From: the human T2T-CHM13v2.0 reference genome, Homo sapiens
DNA length: 64,000 bases
NCBI RefSeq assembly: GCF_009914755.1
Contig: NC_060948.1
Direction: 5' to 3' (one strand)
Part shown: piece by piece, positions 28,444-42,717 of the stretch
Numbering within the stretch: the first letter of the stretch is position 1
How the letters are laid out: each line of letters begins with the position of its first letter
The notes under the pieces: model-generated
Seen by the model: only the letters and a program-made list of their open reading frames with translations
Told to the model about the DNA's origin: nothing
Database searches by the model: none
Translations under genes and position numbers: made by a program

Positions 28444-31400
28444 ATCGAACCACAAGGAATGGACAGGAATAGAATGGTCTCGAATTGAATGGAATCGTAT
28501 GGAATGGCATCAAACGGAATGGAATGGACAGCCACGGAATGGAATGCACTCGAATGCAATGGAGTCGAAACTAATGGACTGGAATAGAATGGACTCGACT
28601 GGTACGGACTCCAATGGAATGGAATCGAATGGAAGGGAATCGAACGGAATGGACTCGAAGGGAAAAGACTGCAATGGAAAGGTCTCGAATGGAATGGAAA
28701 TTAATGGAATGGAATGGAATCGAATGAAATGGAGTCAAAAGGAATGGAATCGAATGGCAAGAAATCGAATGAAATGGAATCGCAAGGAATTGATGTGAAC
28801 GGAACGGAATGGAATGGAATCCAAAGGAATGGAATAGAATGGAATGGAATCGAATGGAAAGGACTCGAATGGAAATCACTCGAATAGAATGCAATTTAAT
28901 AAAATAGGATCAAATGTAATGGAATGGAATGGAAAGGAATCGAAACGAAAGGAATGGAGACAGATGGAATGGAATGGAACAGAGAGCAATGGTATAGAAT
29001 GGAATGGAATCATCTGGAATGGAATTGAATGGAATGGAATAATATGAAATGGAATGGAATGGAATGGAATGGAATGCCCTTGAATTAAATGGACTGGAAT
29101 GGAATGGACTCGAACAGAGTGGAATGGAAAGTGTTGAGATAGAATGGAATGGACTCCTTTGGAATGGTGTAGTATGCAATGCAATCGACTGGCAGGGAAT
29201 CAAAAGGAATGTAATGGAATGGATTGGACTGGAATGCAATGGACTCGAATAGATTGGAAACGGAATGCAAAGGAATGGAATGGAATAGTATGGAATGGAA
29301 TGGAAAGGAATGGAGTGGAATACACTAGAGTGGAATGGAATGGACTGGAAAGCAATGGACTGGAATGGAACTTTCTTGAATGGACTGGAATCAAACGGAA
29401 TAGAATGCAATGCAATCAAATGGCATGGAATAAAATAGAATGAAAGAGAATCAAATGGAATTGAATCGAATGGAATCGAATGGATTGGAAAGGAATAGAA
29501 TGGAATGGAATGGAATGGACTAGAATGGAATGGATTCGAATGGAAGGCAAAGGAATGGAATCTATTGGAATGGACTGTAATGGAATGGAATGGAAGGGAT
29601 TGGAATGGACTCGAATGGAATGGACTGCAATAGAAAGGATTCGAATGGAATGAAAAAGAATTGAATGGAATAGAACAGAATGGAATCAAATCGAATGAAA
29701 TGGAATGGAATAGAAAGGAATGGAATGAAATGGAATGGAAAGGATTCGAATGGAATGCAATCGAATGGAATGGAATCGAACGGAATGGAATAAAATGGAA
29801 GAAAACTGGCAAGAAATGGAATCGAAATGAATGGAGTGTTATGGAACGGACTCAAAAGGAATTGAATGTAATAGAATGGAGTGGAGTGGACTCGAATATA
29901 ATGGACTGGAATGGAATGAAATCACATGGAATGGGAACGAATGGAATGGAATGGAAAGGAATGGAATCGAATGGAAAGGAATCGAATGGAAGGGAATGAA
30001 ATTGAATCAACAGGAATGGAAGGGAATAGAATAGACGGTAATGGAATGGACTCGAATAGAATGGACACGAATGCTCAAATTGAATGGACTCGAATGGAAT
30101 GGAAACGAAAGGAATGTCATCGAATGGAATTGAATCGATTGGAATGAAATCGCATAGAATGGAGTGGAATCAAATGGAATTGAATCGAAAGGAAAGGAAG
30201 CGAATGCACTGAAATGAAATGGAATGGAATTGAATGGAAAGTAATGCAATGGAATAGAATGGAACGAAATTTCACGGAATGGAATCAAACTGAATGGAAT
30301 CAAATCAATGGAATCAAATCAAATGGAATGGAAAGGAATTGAATGGAGTAGATTGGATTGGATGGGATTGGAATGAAATGTACTGGAAAGGACTCGAATT
30401 TCATGAAACGGAATGGAATGAATTGGAACGGAATGGACTCGAATGGAATGGAATGTCATGGAATGGCATCAAATGGAATGGCATCAAATGGAATGGAATC
30501 GAATGCAATGGAATGCTATGGAATGGAATGGAATGCATTGGAATGGAATGTCCTCTAATGGAATGGATTCGAGTGGAATGGAATCGAATATAATGGAGTC
30601 GAATGAAAAGGAATTGAAAGGAGTGGGATCGAATACAATGGAATATACTGGAATGTAATGTAATGAACTCGAATGTAATTGACTGGAATGGTATGTACAT
30701 GAATGGAATGTAATCGAATGGAAAGTAATCCAATGGAATAGAATCTAATGCAATAAAACCGACTCAGATAGAGTAGAATGTAATGGAATGGAGAGCAGTG
30801 CAATGGAATGGAATGGAATGGAATGCAATGGAATGGAATGGAATGGAATGGAATGGAATGGAATGTAATGGAATGGGATGGAATGGGATGGAATGGATAG
30901 TAATGGACTGGAGTGAAATGGACTGGAAAGGAATGGACTCAAATTGAAAGGGCTCGAAAGGAATGGAGTCAAATGGAATGGTCTGGAATGGAATGAACAC
31001 GAATGTAATGCAATCCAATAGAATGGAATCGAATGGCATGGAATATAAAGAAATGGAATCGAAGAGAATGGAAACAAATGGAATGGAATTGAATGGAATG
31101 GAATTGAATGGAATGGGAACGAATGGAGTGAAATTGTATGCAGTAGAAGGGAATAGAATGGAATGCAAGCGAAAGGAAAGGAATGGATTGGAATGGAATG
31201 GAATTCATTGGAATGGAAGGGAATGTAGTGTAATGGACAGGCCTGGAATAAAGTGGAATGCTACGGTCTCGAATGGAATAAAAATGTATGGAATGGAATG
31301 CAATGAAACGGAATCGAATGTCATAGAATGTAATGGAATGCAAAAAAATGGAATCCAAAATCATTGACTGGAAAGGCTGGGTGTCGAAAGGAATTGACTC

Positions 31401-31997
31401 CAATGGAATGGAATCGAATGGAATGGAAGTGAATAGAATCGAACTAAATCGAATGGAATGGAATTGATAGGAACGGAATGGAAAGGAATGCAATGATTTG
31501 GCATGGAATGGAATCGAATGGCATCGAATGGAATGGAATGGAATGCAATGGAATGGAATGTATTAGAATGTAATGAACTTTAATGGAATGTACTCGAATG
31601 GATTCGACTGGAATGGAATGTTCTGGAAGTGAATGGACTCCAATGGAATGGATTCAAAAGGAATGGAATCGTACGGAATGGAATCTAATGGAATGGAATT
31701 AAATGGAAATGAATCAAATTGAATAGCACGGAATTGAATTGAATGGAATGGAATGCAATGGAATCTAATGAAACGGAAAGGAAAGGAATGGAATGGAATG
31801 GAAAGGGCTGGAATGGAAAGGAATCGAAACGAATGGAATGGAATCGAACTGAAGAGACTGGAATGGAATGCACTGGAATGGAAGGGAGTGTAATGGAAGG
31901 TTCTCGAAAAAAATGGAATCGAATGGAATGGAATTGAATGGAACGGAATAGAGTCGAATGGAATTGAATGGAATGGAATGGACTAGAGTGAAATGGA
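28444..31997 (+). repeat. DYZ1 unit U9 (3554 bp)
   Basis: Landmark at 28444; 15 bp deletion near 29510 as in U2 and U16. Confidence 0.95.
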
Positions 31998-34900
31998 ATC
32001 GAACCACAAGGAATGGACAGGAATAGAATGGTCTCGAATTGAATGGAATCGTATGGAATGGCATCAAACGGAATGGAATGGACAGCCACGGAATGGAATG
32101 CACTCGAATGCAATGGAGTCGAAACTAATGGACTGGAATAGAATGGACTCGACTGGTACGGACTCCAATGGAATGGAATCGAATGGAAGGGAATCGAACG
32201 GAATGGACTCGAAGGGAAAAGACTGCAATGGAAAGGTCTCGAATGGAATGGAAATTAATGGAATGGAATGGAATCGAATGAAATGGAGTCAAAAGGAATG
32301 GAATCGAATGGCAAGAAATCGAATGTAATGGAATCACAAGGAATTGATGTGAACGGAACGGAATGGAATGGAATCCAAAGGAATGGAATAGAATGGAATG
32401 GAATCGAATGGAAAGGACTCGAATGGAAAACACTCGAATAGAATGCAATTTAATAAAATAGGATCAAATGTAATGGAATGGAATGGAAAGGAATCGAAAC
32501 GAAAGGAATGGAGACAGATGGAATGGAATGGAACAGAGAGCAATGGTATAGAATGGAATGGAATCATCTGGAATGGAATTGAATGGAATGGAATAATATG
32601 AAATGGAATGGAATGGAATGGAATGGAATGGAATGGAATGGAATGCCCTTGAATTAAATGGACTGGAATGGAATGGACTCGAACAGAGTGGAATGGAAAG
32701 TGTTGAGATAGAATGCAATGGACTCCTTCGGAATGGTCTAGTATGCAATGCAATCGACTGGCAGGGAATCAAAAGGAATGTAATCGAATGGATTGGACTG
32801 TAATGCAGTGGACTCGAATAGATTGGAAACGGAATGCAAAGGAATGGAATGGAATAGTATGGAATGGAATGGAAAGGAATGGAGTGGAATAGACTAGAGT
32901 GGAATGGAATGGACTGGAAAGCAATGGACTGGAATGGAACTTTCTTGAATGGACTGGAATCAAACGGAATGGAATGCAATGCAATCAAATGGCATGTAAT
33001 AAAATAGAATGAAAGAGAATCAAATGGAATTGAATCGAATGGAATCGAATGGATTGGAAAGGAATAGAATGGAATGGAATTGAATTGACTCAAATGGAAT
33101 GGACTAGAATGGAATGGATTCGAATGGAAGGCAAAGGAATGGAATCTATTGGAATGGACTGTAATGGAATGGAATGGAAGGGATTGGAATGGACTCGAAT
33201 GGAATGGACTGCAATAGAAAGGATTCGAATGGAATGAAAAAGAATTGAATGGAATAGAACAGAATGGAATCAAATCGAATGAAATGGAATGGAATAGAAA
33301 GGAATGGAATGAAATGGAATGGAAAGGATTCGAATGGAATGCAATCGAATGGAATGGAATCGAACGGAATGGCATAAAATGGAAGAAAACTGGCAAGAAA
33401 TGGAATCGAAATGAATGGAGTGTTATGGAACGGACTCAAAAGGAATTGAATGTAATAGAATGGAGTGGAGTGGACTCGAATATAATGGACTGGAATGGAA
33501 TGAAATCACATGGAATGGGAACGAATGGAATGGAATGGAAAGGAATGGAATCGAATGGAAAGGAATCGAATGGAAGGGAATGAAATTGAATCAACAGGAA
33601 TGGAAGGGAATAGAATAGACGGTAATGGAATGGACTCGAATAGAATGGACACGAATGCTCAAATTGAATGGACTCCAATGGAATGGAAACGAAAGGAATG
33701 TCATCGAATAGAATTGAATCGACTGGAATGAAATCGCAAGAATGGAGTGGAATCAAATGGAATTGAATCGAAAGGAAAGGAAGCGAATGGACTGAAATGA
33801 AATGGAATGGAATTGAATGGAAAGTAATGCAATGGAATAGAATGGAACGAAATTTCACGGAATGGAATCAAACTGAAAGGAATCAAATCAATGGAATCTA
33901 ATCAAATGGAATGGAAAGGAATTGAATGGAGTAGATTGGATTGGATGGGATTGGAGTGAAATGTACTGGAAAGGACTCGAATTTCATGAAACGGAATGGA
34001 ATGAATTGGAACGGAATGGACTCGAATGGAATGGAATGTCATGGAATGGCATCAAATGGAATGGCATCAAATGGAATGGAATCGAATGCAATGGAATGCT
34101 ATGGAATGGAATGGAATGCATTGGAATGGAATGTCCTCTAATGGAATGGATTCGAGTGGAATGGAATCGAATATAATGGAGTCGAATGAAATGGAATTGA
34201 AAGGAATGGGATCGAATACAATGGAATATGCTGGAATGTAATGTAATGAACTCGAATGTAATTGACTGGAATGGAATGTACATGAATGGAATGTAATCGA
34301 ATGGAAAGTAATCCAATGGAATAGAATCTAATGCAATAAAATCGACTCAGATAGAGTAGAATGTAATGGAATGGAGTGCAGTACAATGGAATGGAATGGA
34401 ATGCAATGGAATGGAATGGAATGGAATGGAATGGAATGGGATGGAATGGGATGGAATGGTATGGAGTGGATAGTAATGGACTGGAGTGAAATGGACTGGA
34501 AAGGAATGGACTCAAATTGAAAGGGCTCGAAAGGAATGGAGTCAAATGGAATGGTCTGGAATGGAATGAACACGAATGTAATGCAATCCAATAGAATGGA
34601 ATCGAATGGCATGGAATATAAAGAAATGGAATCGAAGAGAATGGAAACAAATGGAATGGAATTGAATGGAATGGAATTGAATGGAATGGGAACGAATGGA
34701 GTGAAATTGTATGCAGTAGAAGGGAATAGAATGGAATGCAAGCGAAAGGAAAGGAATGGATTGGAATGGAATGGAATTCATTGGAATGGAAGGGAATGTA
34801 GTGTAATGGACAGGCCTGGAATAAAGTGGAATGCTACGGTCTCGAATGGAATAAAAATGTATGGAATGGAATGCAATGAAACGGAATCGAATGTCATAGA

Positions 34901-35570
34901 ATGTAATGGAATGCAAAAAAATGGAATCCAAAATCATTGACTGGAAAGGCTGGGTGTCGAAAGGAATTGACTCCAATGATATGGAATCGAATGGAATGGA
35001 AGTGAATAGAATCGAACTAAATCGAATGGAATGGAATTGATAGGAACGGAATGGAAAGGAATGCAATGAATTGGCATGGAATGGAATCGAATGGCATCGA
35101 ATGGAATGGAATGGAATGCAATGGAATGGAATGTATTAGAATGTAATGAACTTTAATGGAATGTACTCGAATGGATTCGACTGGAATGGAATGTTCTGGA
35201 AGTGAATGGACTCCAATGGAATGGATTCAAAAGGAATGGAATCGTACGGAATGGAATCTAATGGAATGGAATTAAATGGAAATGAATCAAATTGAATAGC
35301 ACGGAATTGAATTGAATGGAATGGAATGCAATGGAATCTAATGAAACGGAAAGGAAAGGAATGGAATGGAATGGAATGGGCTGGAATGGAAAGGAATCGA
35401 AACGAATGGAATGGAATCGAACTGAAGAGACTGGAATGGAATGCACTGGAATGGAAGGGAGTGTAATGGAAGGTTCTCGAAAAAAATGGAATCGAATGGA
35501 ATGGAATTGAATGGAACGGAATAGAGTCGAATGGAATTGAATGGAATGGAATGGACTAGAGTGAAATGGA
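31998..35570 (+). repeat. DYZ1 unit U10 (3573 bp), variant C
   Basis: Landmark at 31998; 1 bp deletion AAATCGCAAG at 33731-33740; CTCCTTCGG. Confidence 0.95.
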
Positions 35571-38500
35571 ATCGAACCACAAGGAATGGACAGGAATAGA
35601 ATGGTCTCGAATTGAATGGAATCGTATGGAATGGCATCAAACGGAATGGAATGGACAGCCACGGAATGGAATGCACTCGAATGCAATGGAGTCGAAACTA
35701 ATGGACTGGAATAGAATGGACTCGACTGGTACGGACTCCAATGGAATGGAATCGAATGGAAGGGAATCGAACGGAATGGACTCGAAGGGAAAAGACTGCA
35801 ATGGAAAGGTCTCGAATGGAATGGAAATTAATGGAATGGAATGGAATCGAATGAAATGGAGTCAAAAGGAATGGAATCGAATGGCAAGAAATCGAATGTA
35901 ATGGAATCGCAAGGAATTGATGTGAACGGAACGGAATGGAATGGAATCCAAAGGAATGGAATAGAATGGAATGGAATCGAATGGAAAGGACTCGAATGGA
36001 AATCACTCGAATAGAATGCAATTTAATAAAATAGGATCAAATGTAATGGAATGGAATGGAAAGGAATCGAAACGAAAGGAATGGAGACAGATGGAATGGA
36101 ATGGAACAGAGAGCAATGGTATAGAATGGAATGGAATCATCTGGAATGGAATTGAATGGAATGGAATAATATGAAATGGAATGGAATGGAATGGAATGGA
36201 ATGCCCTTGAATTAAATGGACTGGAATGGAATGGACTCGAACAGAGTGGAATGGAAAGTGTTGAGATAGAATGGAATGGACTCCTTTGGAATGGTGTAGT
36301 ATGCAATGCAATCGACTGGCAGGGAATCAAAAGGAATGTAATGGAATGGATTGGACTGGAATGCAATGGACTCGAATAGATTGGAAACGGAATGCAAAGG
36401 AATGGAATGGAATAGTATGGAATGGAATGGAAAGGAATGGAGTGGAATAGACTAGAGTGGAATGGAATGGACTGGAAAGCAATGGACTGGAATGGAACTT
36501 TCTTGAATGGACTGGAATCAAACGGAATGGAATGCAATGCAATCAAATGGCATGGAATAAAATAGAATGAAAGAGAATCAAATGGAATTGAATCGAATGG
36601 AATCGAATGGATTGGAAAGGAATAGAATGGAATGGAATGGAACTGACTCGAATGGAATGGACTAGAATGGAATGGATTCGAATGGAAGGCAAAGGAATGG
36701 AATCTATTGGAATGGACTGTAATGGAATGGAATGGAAAGGATTGGAATGGACTCGAATGGAATGGACTGCAATAGAAAGGATTCGAATGGAATGAAAAAG
36801 AATTGAATGGAATAGAACAGAATGGAATCAAATCGAATGAAATGGAATGGAATAGAAAGGAATGGAATGAAATGGAATGGAAAGGATTCGAATGGAATGC
36901 AATCGAATGGAATGGAATCGAACGGAATGGAATAAAATGGAAGAAAACTGGCAAGAAATGGAATCGAAATGAATGGAGTGTTATGGAACGGACTCAAAAG
37001 GAATTGAATGTAATAGAATGGAGTGGAGTGGACTCGAATATAATGGAATGGAATGGAATGAAATCACAAGGAATGGGAACGAATGGAATGGAATGGAAAG
37101 GAATGGAATCGAATGGAAAGGAATCGAATGGAAGGGAATGAAATTGAATCAACAGGAATGGAAGGGAATAGAATAGACGGTAATGGAATGGACTCGAATA
37201 GAATGGACACGAATGCTCAAATTGAATGGACTCGAATGGAATGGAAACGAAAGGAATGTCATCGAATGGAATTGAATGGATTGGAATGAAATCGCATAGA
37301 AGGGAGTGGAATCAAATGGAATTGAATCGAAAGGAAAGGAAGCGAATGGACTGAAATGAAATGGAATGGAATTGAATGGAAAGTAATGCAATGGAATAGA
37401 ATGGAACGAAATTTCACGGAATGGAATCAAACTGAATGGAATCAAATCAATGGAATCAAATCAAATGGAATGGAAAGGAATTGAATGGAGTAGATTGGAT
37501 TGGATGGGATTGGAATGAAATGTACTGGAAAGGACTCGAATTTCATGAAACGGAATGGAATGAATTGGAACGGAATGGACTCGAATGGAATGGAATGTCA
37601 TGGAATGGCATCAAATGGAATGGCATCAAATGGAAAGGAATCGAATGCAATGGAATGCTATGGAATGGAATGGAATGCATTGGAATGGAATGTCCTCTAA
37701 TGGAATGGATTCGAGTGGAATGGAATCGAATATAATGGAGTCGAATGAAATGGAATTGAAAGGAGTGGGATCGAATACAATGGAATATACTGGAATGTAA
37801 TGTAATGAACTCGAATGTAATTGACTGGAATGGAATGTACATGAATGGAATGTAATCGAATGGAAAGTAATCCAATGGAATAGAATCTAATGCAATAAAA
37901 CCGACTCAGATAGAGTAGAATGTAATGGAATGGAGTGCAGTGCAATGGAATGGAATGGAATGGAATGCAATGGAATGGAATGGAATGGAATGGAATGGAA
38001 TGGAATGGAATGGAATGGGATGGAATGGGATGGAATGGATAGTAATGGACTGGAGTGAAATGGACTGGAAAGGAATGGACTCAAATTGAAAGGGCTCGAA
38101 AGGAATGGAGTCAAATGGAATGGTCTGGAATGGAATGAACACGAATGTAATGCAATCCAATAGAATGGAATCGAATGGCATGGAATATAAAGAAATGGAA
38201 TCGAAGAGAATGGAAACAAATGGAATGGAATTGAATGGAATGGAATTGAATGGAATGGGAACGAATGGAGTGAAATTGTATGCAGTAGAACGGAATAGAA
38301 TGGAATGCAAGCGAAAGGAAAGGAATGGATTGGAATGGAATGGAATTCATTGGAATGGAATGGAATGTAGTGTAATGGACAGGCCTGGAATAAAGTGGAA
38401 TGCTACGGACTCGAATGGAATAAAAATGTATGGAATGGAATGCAATGAAACGGAATCGAATGTCATAGAATGTAATGGAATGCAAAAAAATGGAATCCAA

Positions 38501-39139
38501 AATCATTGACTGGAAAGGCTGGGTGTCGAAAGGAATTGACTCCAATGGAATGGAATCGAATGGAATGGAAGTGAATAGAATCGAACTAAATCGAATGGAA
38601 TGGAATTGATAGGAACGGAATGGAAAGGAATGCAATGATTTGGCATGGAATGGAATCGAACGGCATCGAATGGAATGGAATGGAATGCAATGGAATGGAA
38701 TGTATTAGAATGTAATGAACTTTAATGGAATGTACTCGAATGGATTCGACTGGAATGGAATGTTCTGGAAGTGAATGGACTCCAATGGAATGGATTCAAA
38801 AGGAATGGAATCGTACGGAATGGAATCTAATGGAATGGAATTAAATGGAAATGAATCAAATTGAATAGCACGGAATTGAATTGAATGGAATGGAATGCAA
38901 TGGAATCTAATGAAACGGAAAGGAAAGGAATGGAATGGAATGGAAAGGGCTGGAATGGAAAGGAATCGAAACGAATGGAATGGAATCGAACTGAAGAGAC
39001 TGGAATGGAATGCACTGGAATGGAAGGGAGTGTAATGGAAGGTTCTCGAAAAAAATGGAATCGAATGGAATGGAATTGAATGGAACGGAATAGAGTCGAA
39101 TGGAATTGAATGGAATGGAATGGACTAGAGTGAAATGGA
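35571..39139 (+). repeat. DYZ1 unit U11 (3569 bp)
   Basis: Landmark at 35571. Confidence 0.95.
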
Positions 39140-42100
39140 ATCGAACCACAAGGAATGGACAGGAATAGAATGGTCTCGAATTGAATGGAATCGTATGGAA
39201 TGGCATCAAACGGAATGGAATGGACAGCCACGGAATGGAATGCACTCGAATGCAATGGAGTCGAAACTAATGGACTGGAATAGAATGGACTCGACTGGTA
39301 CGGACTCCAATGGAATGGAATCGAATGGAAGGGAATCGAACGGAATGGACTCGAAGGGAAAAGACTGCAATGGAAAGGTCTCGAATGGAATGGAAATTAA
39401 TGGAATGGAATGGAATCGAATGAAATGGAGTCAAAAGGAATGGAATCGAATGGCAAGAAATCGAATGTAATGGAATCGCAAGGAATTGATGTGAACGGAA
39501 CGGAATGGAAAGGAATCCAAAGGAATGGAATAGAATGGAATGGAATCGAATGGAAAGGACTCGAATGGAAATCACTCGAATAGAATGCAATTTAATAAAA
39601 TAGGATCAAATGTAATGGAATGGAATGGAAAGGAATCGAAACGAAAGGAATGGAGACAGATGGAATGGAATGGAACAGAGAGCAATGGTATAGAATGGAA
39701 TGGAATCATCTGGAATGGAATTGAATGGAATGGAATAATATGAAATGGAATGGAATGGAATGGAATGGAATGGAATGGAATGCCCTTGAATTAAATGGAC
39801 TGGAATGGAATGGACTCGAACAGAGTGGAATGGAAAGTGTTGAGATAGAATGCAATGGACTCCTTCGGAATGGTCTAGTATGCAATGCAATCGACTGGCA
39901 GGGAATCAAAAGGAATGTAATCGAATGGATTGGACTGGAATGCAGTGGGCTCGAATAGATTGGAAACGGAATGCAAAGGAATGGAATGGAATAGTATGGA
40001 ATGGAATGGAAAGGAATGGAGTGGAATAGACTAGAGTGGAATGGAATGGACTGGAAAGCAATGGACTGGAATGGAACTTTCTTGAATGGACTGGAATCAA
40101 ACGGAATGGAATGCAATGCAATCAAATGGCATGGAATAAAATAGAATGAAAGAGAATCAAATGGAATTGAATCGAATGGAATCGAATGGATTGGAAAGGA
40201 ATAGAATGGAATGGAATGGAATTGACTCAAATGGAATGGACTAGAATGGAATGGATTCGAATGGAAGGCAAAGGAATGGAATCTATTGGAATGGACTGTA
40301 ATGGAATGGAATGGAAGGGATTGGAATGGACTCGAATGGAATGGACTGCAATAGAAAGGATTCGAATGGAATGAAAAAGAATTGAATGGAATAGAACAGA
40401 ATGGAATCAAATCGAATGAAATGGAATGGAATAGAAAGGAATGGAATGAAATGGAATGGAAAGGATTCGAATGGAATGCAATCGAATGGAATGGAATCGA
40501 ACGGAATGGAATAAAATGGAAGAAAACTGGCAAGAAATTGAATCGAAATGAATGGAGTGTTATGGAACGGACTCAAAAGGAATTGAATGTAATAGAATGG
40601 AGTGGAGTGGACTCGAATATAATGGACTGGAATGGAATGAAATCACATGGAATGGGAACGAATGGAATGGAATGGAAAGGAATGGAATCGAATGGAAAGG
40701 AATCCAATGGAAGGGAATGAAATTGAATCAACAGGAATGGAAGGGAATAGAATAGACGGTAATGGAATGGACTCGAATAGAATGGACACGAATGCTCAAA
40801 TTGAATGGACTCCAATGGAATGGAAACGAAAGGAATGTCATCGAATAGAATTGAATCGATTGGAATGAAATCGCAAGAATGGAGTGGAATCAAATGGAAT
40901 TGAATCGAAAGGAAAGGAAGCGAATGGACTGAAATGAAATGGAATGGAATTGAATGGAAAGTAATGCAATGGAATAGAATGGAACGAAATTTCACGGAAT
41001 GGAATCAAACTGAATGGAATCAAATCAATGGAATCTAATCAAATGGAATGGAAGGGAATTGAATGGAGTAGATTGGATTGGATGGGATTGGAGTGAAATG
41101 TACTGGAAAGGACTCGAATTTCATGAAACGGAATGGAATGAATTGGAACGGAATGGACTCGAATGGAATGGAATGTCATGGAATGGCATCAAATGGAATG
41201 GCATCAAATGGAATGGAATCGAATGCAATGGAATGCTATGGAATGGAATGGAATACATTGGAATGGAATGTCCTCTAATGGAATGGATTCGAGTGGAATG
41301 GAATCGAATATAATGGAGTCGAATGAAATGGAATTGAAAGGAATGGGATCGAATACAATGGAATATGCTGGAATGTAATGTAATGAACTCGAATGTAATT
41401 GACTGGAATGGAATGTACATGAATGGAATGTAATCGAATGGAAAGTAATCCAATGGAATAGAATCTAATGCAATAAAATCGACTCAGATAGAGTAGAATG
41501 TAATGGAATGGAGTGCAGTACAATGGAATGGAATGGAATGCAATGGAATGGAATGGAATGGAATGGAATGGAATGGAATGGAATGGGATGGAATGGGATG
41601 GAATGGTATGGAATGGATAGTAATGGACTGGAGTGAAATGGACTGGAAAGGAATGGACTCAAATTGAAAGGGCTCGAAAGGAATGGAGTCAAATGGAATG
41701 GTCTGGAATGGAATGAACACGAATGTAATGCAATCCAATAGAATGGAATCGAATGGCATGGAATATAAAGAAATGGAATCGAAGAGAATGGAAACAAATG
41801 GAATGGAATTGAATGGAATGGAATTGAATGGAATGGGAACGAATGGAGTGAAATTGTATGCAGTAGAAGGGAATAGAATGGAATGCAAGCGAAAGGAAAG
41901 GAATGGATTGGAATGGAATGGAATTCATTGGAATGGAAGGGAATGTAGTGTAATGGACAGGCCTGGAATAAAGTGGAATGCTACGGTCTCGAATGGAATA
42001 AAAATGTATGGAATGGAATGCAATGAAACGGAATCGAATGTCATAGAATGTAATGGAATGCAAAAAAATGGAATCCAAAATCATTGACTGGAAAGGCTGG

Positions 42101-42717
42101 GTGTCGAAAGGAATTGACTCCAATGGAATGGAATCGAATGGAATGGAAGTGAATAGAATCGAACTAAATCGAATGGAATGGAATTGATAGGAACGGAATG
42201 GAAAGGAATACAATGAATTGGTATGGAATGGAATCGAATGGCATCGAATGGAATGGAATGGAATGCAATGGAATGGAATGTATTAGAATGTAATGAACTT
42301 TAATGGAATGTACTCGAATGGATTCGACTGGAATGGAATGTTCTGGAAGTGAATGGACTCCAATGGAATGGATTCAAAAGGAATGGAATCGTACGGAATG
42401 GAATCTAATGGAATGGAATTAAATGGAAATGAATCAAATTGAATAGCACGGAATTGAATTGAATGGAATGGAATGCAATGGAATCTAATGAAACGGAAAG
42501 GAAAGGAATGGAATGGAATGGAATGGGCTGGAATGGAAAGGAATCGAAACGAATGGAATGGAATCGAACTGAAGAGACTGGAATGGAATGCACTGGAATG
42601 GAAGAGAGTGTAATGGAATGTTCTCGAAAAAAATGGAATCGAATGGAATGGAATTGAATGGAACGGAATAGAGTCGAATGGAATTGAATGGAATGGAATG
42701 GACTAGAGTGAAATGGA
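39140..42717 (+). repeat. DYZ1 unit U12 (3578 bp), variant C
   Basis: Landmark at 39140; 1 bp deletion near 40870; CTCCTTCGG. Confidence 0.95.
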
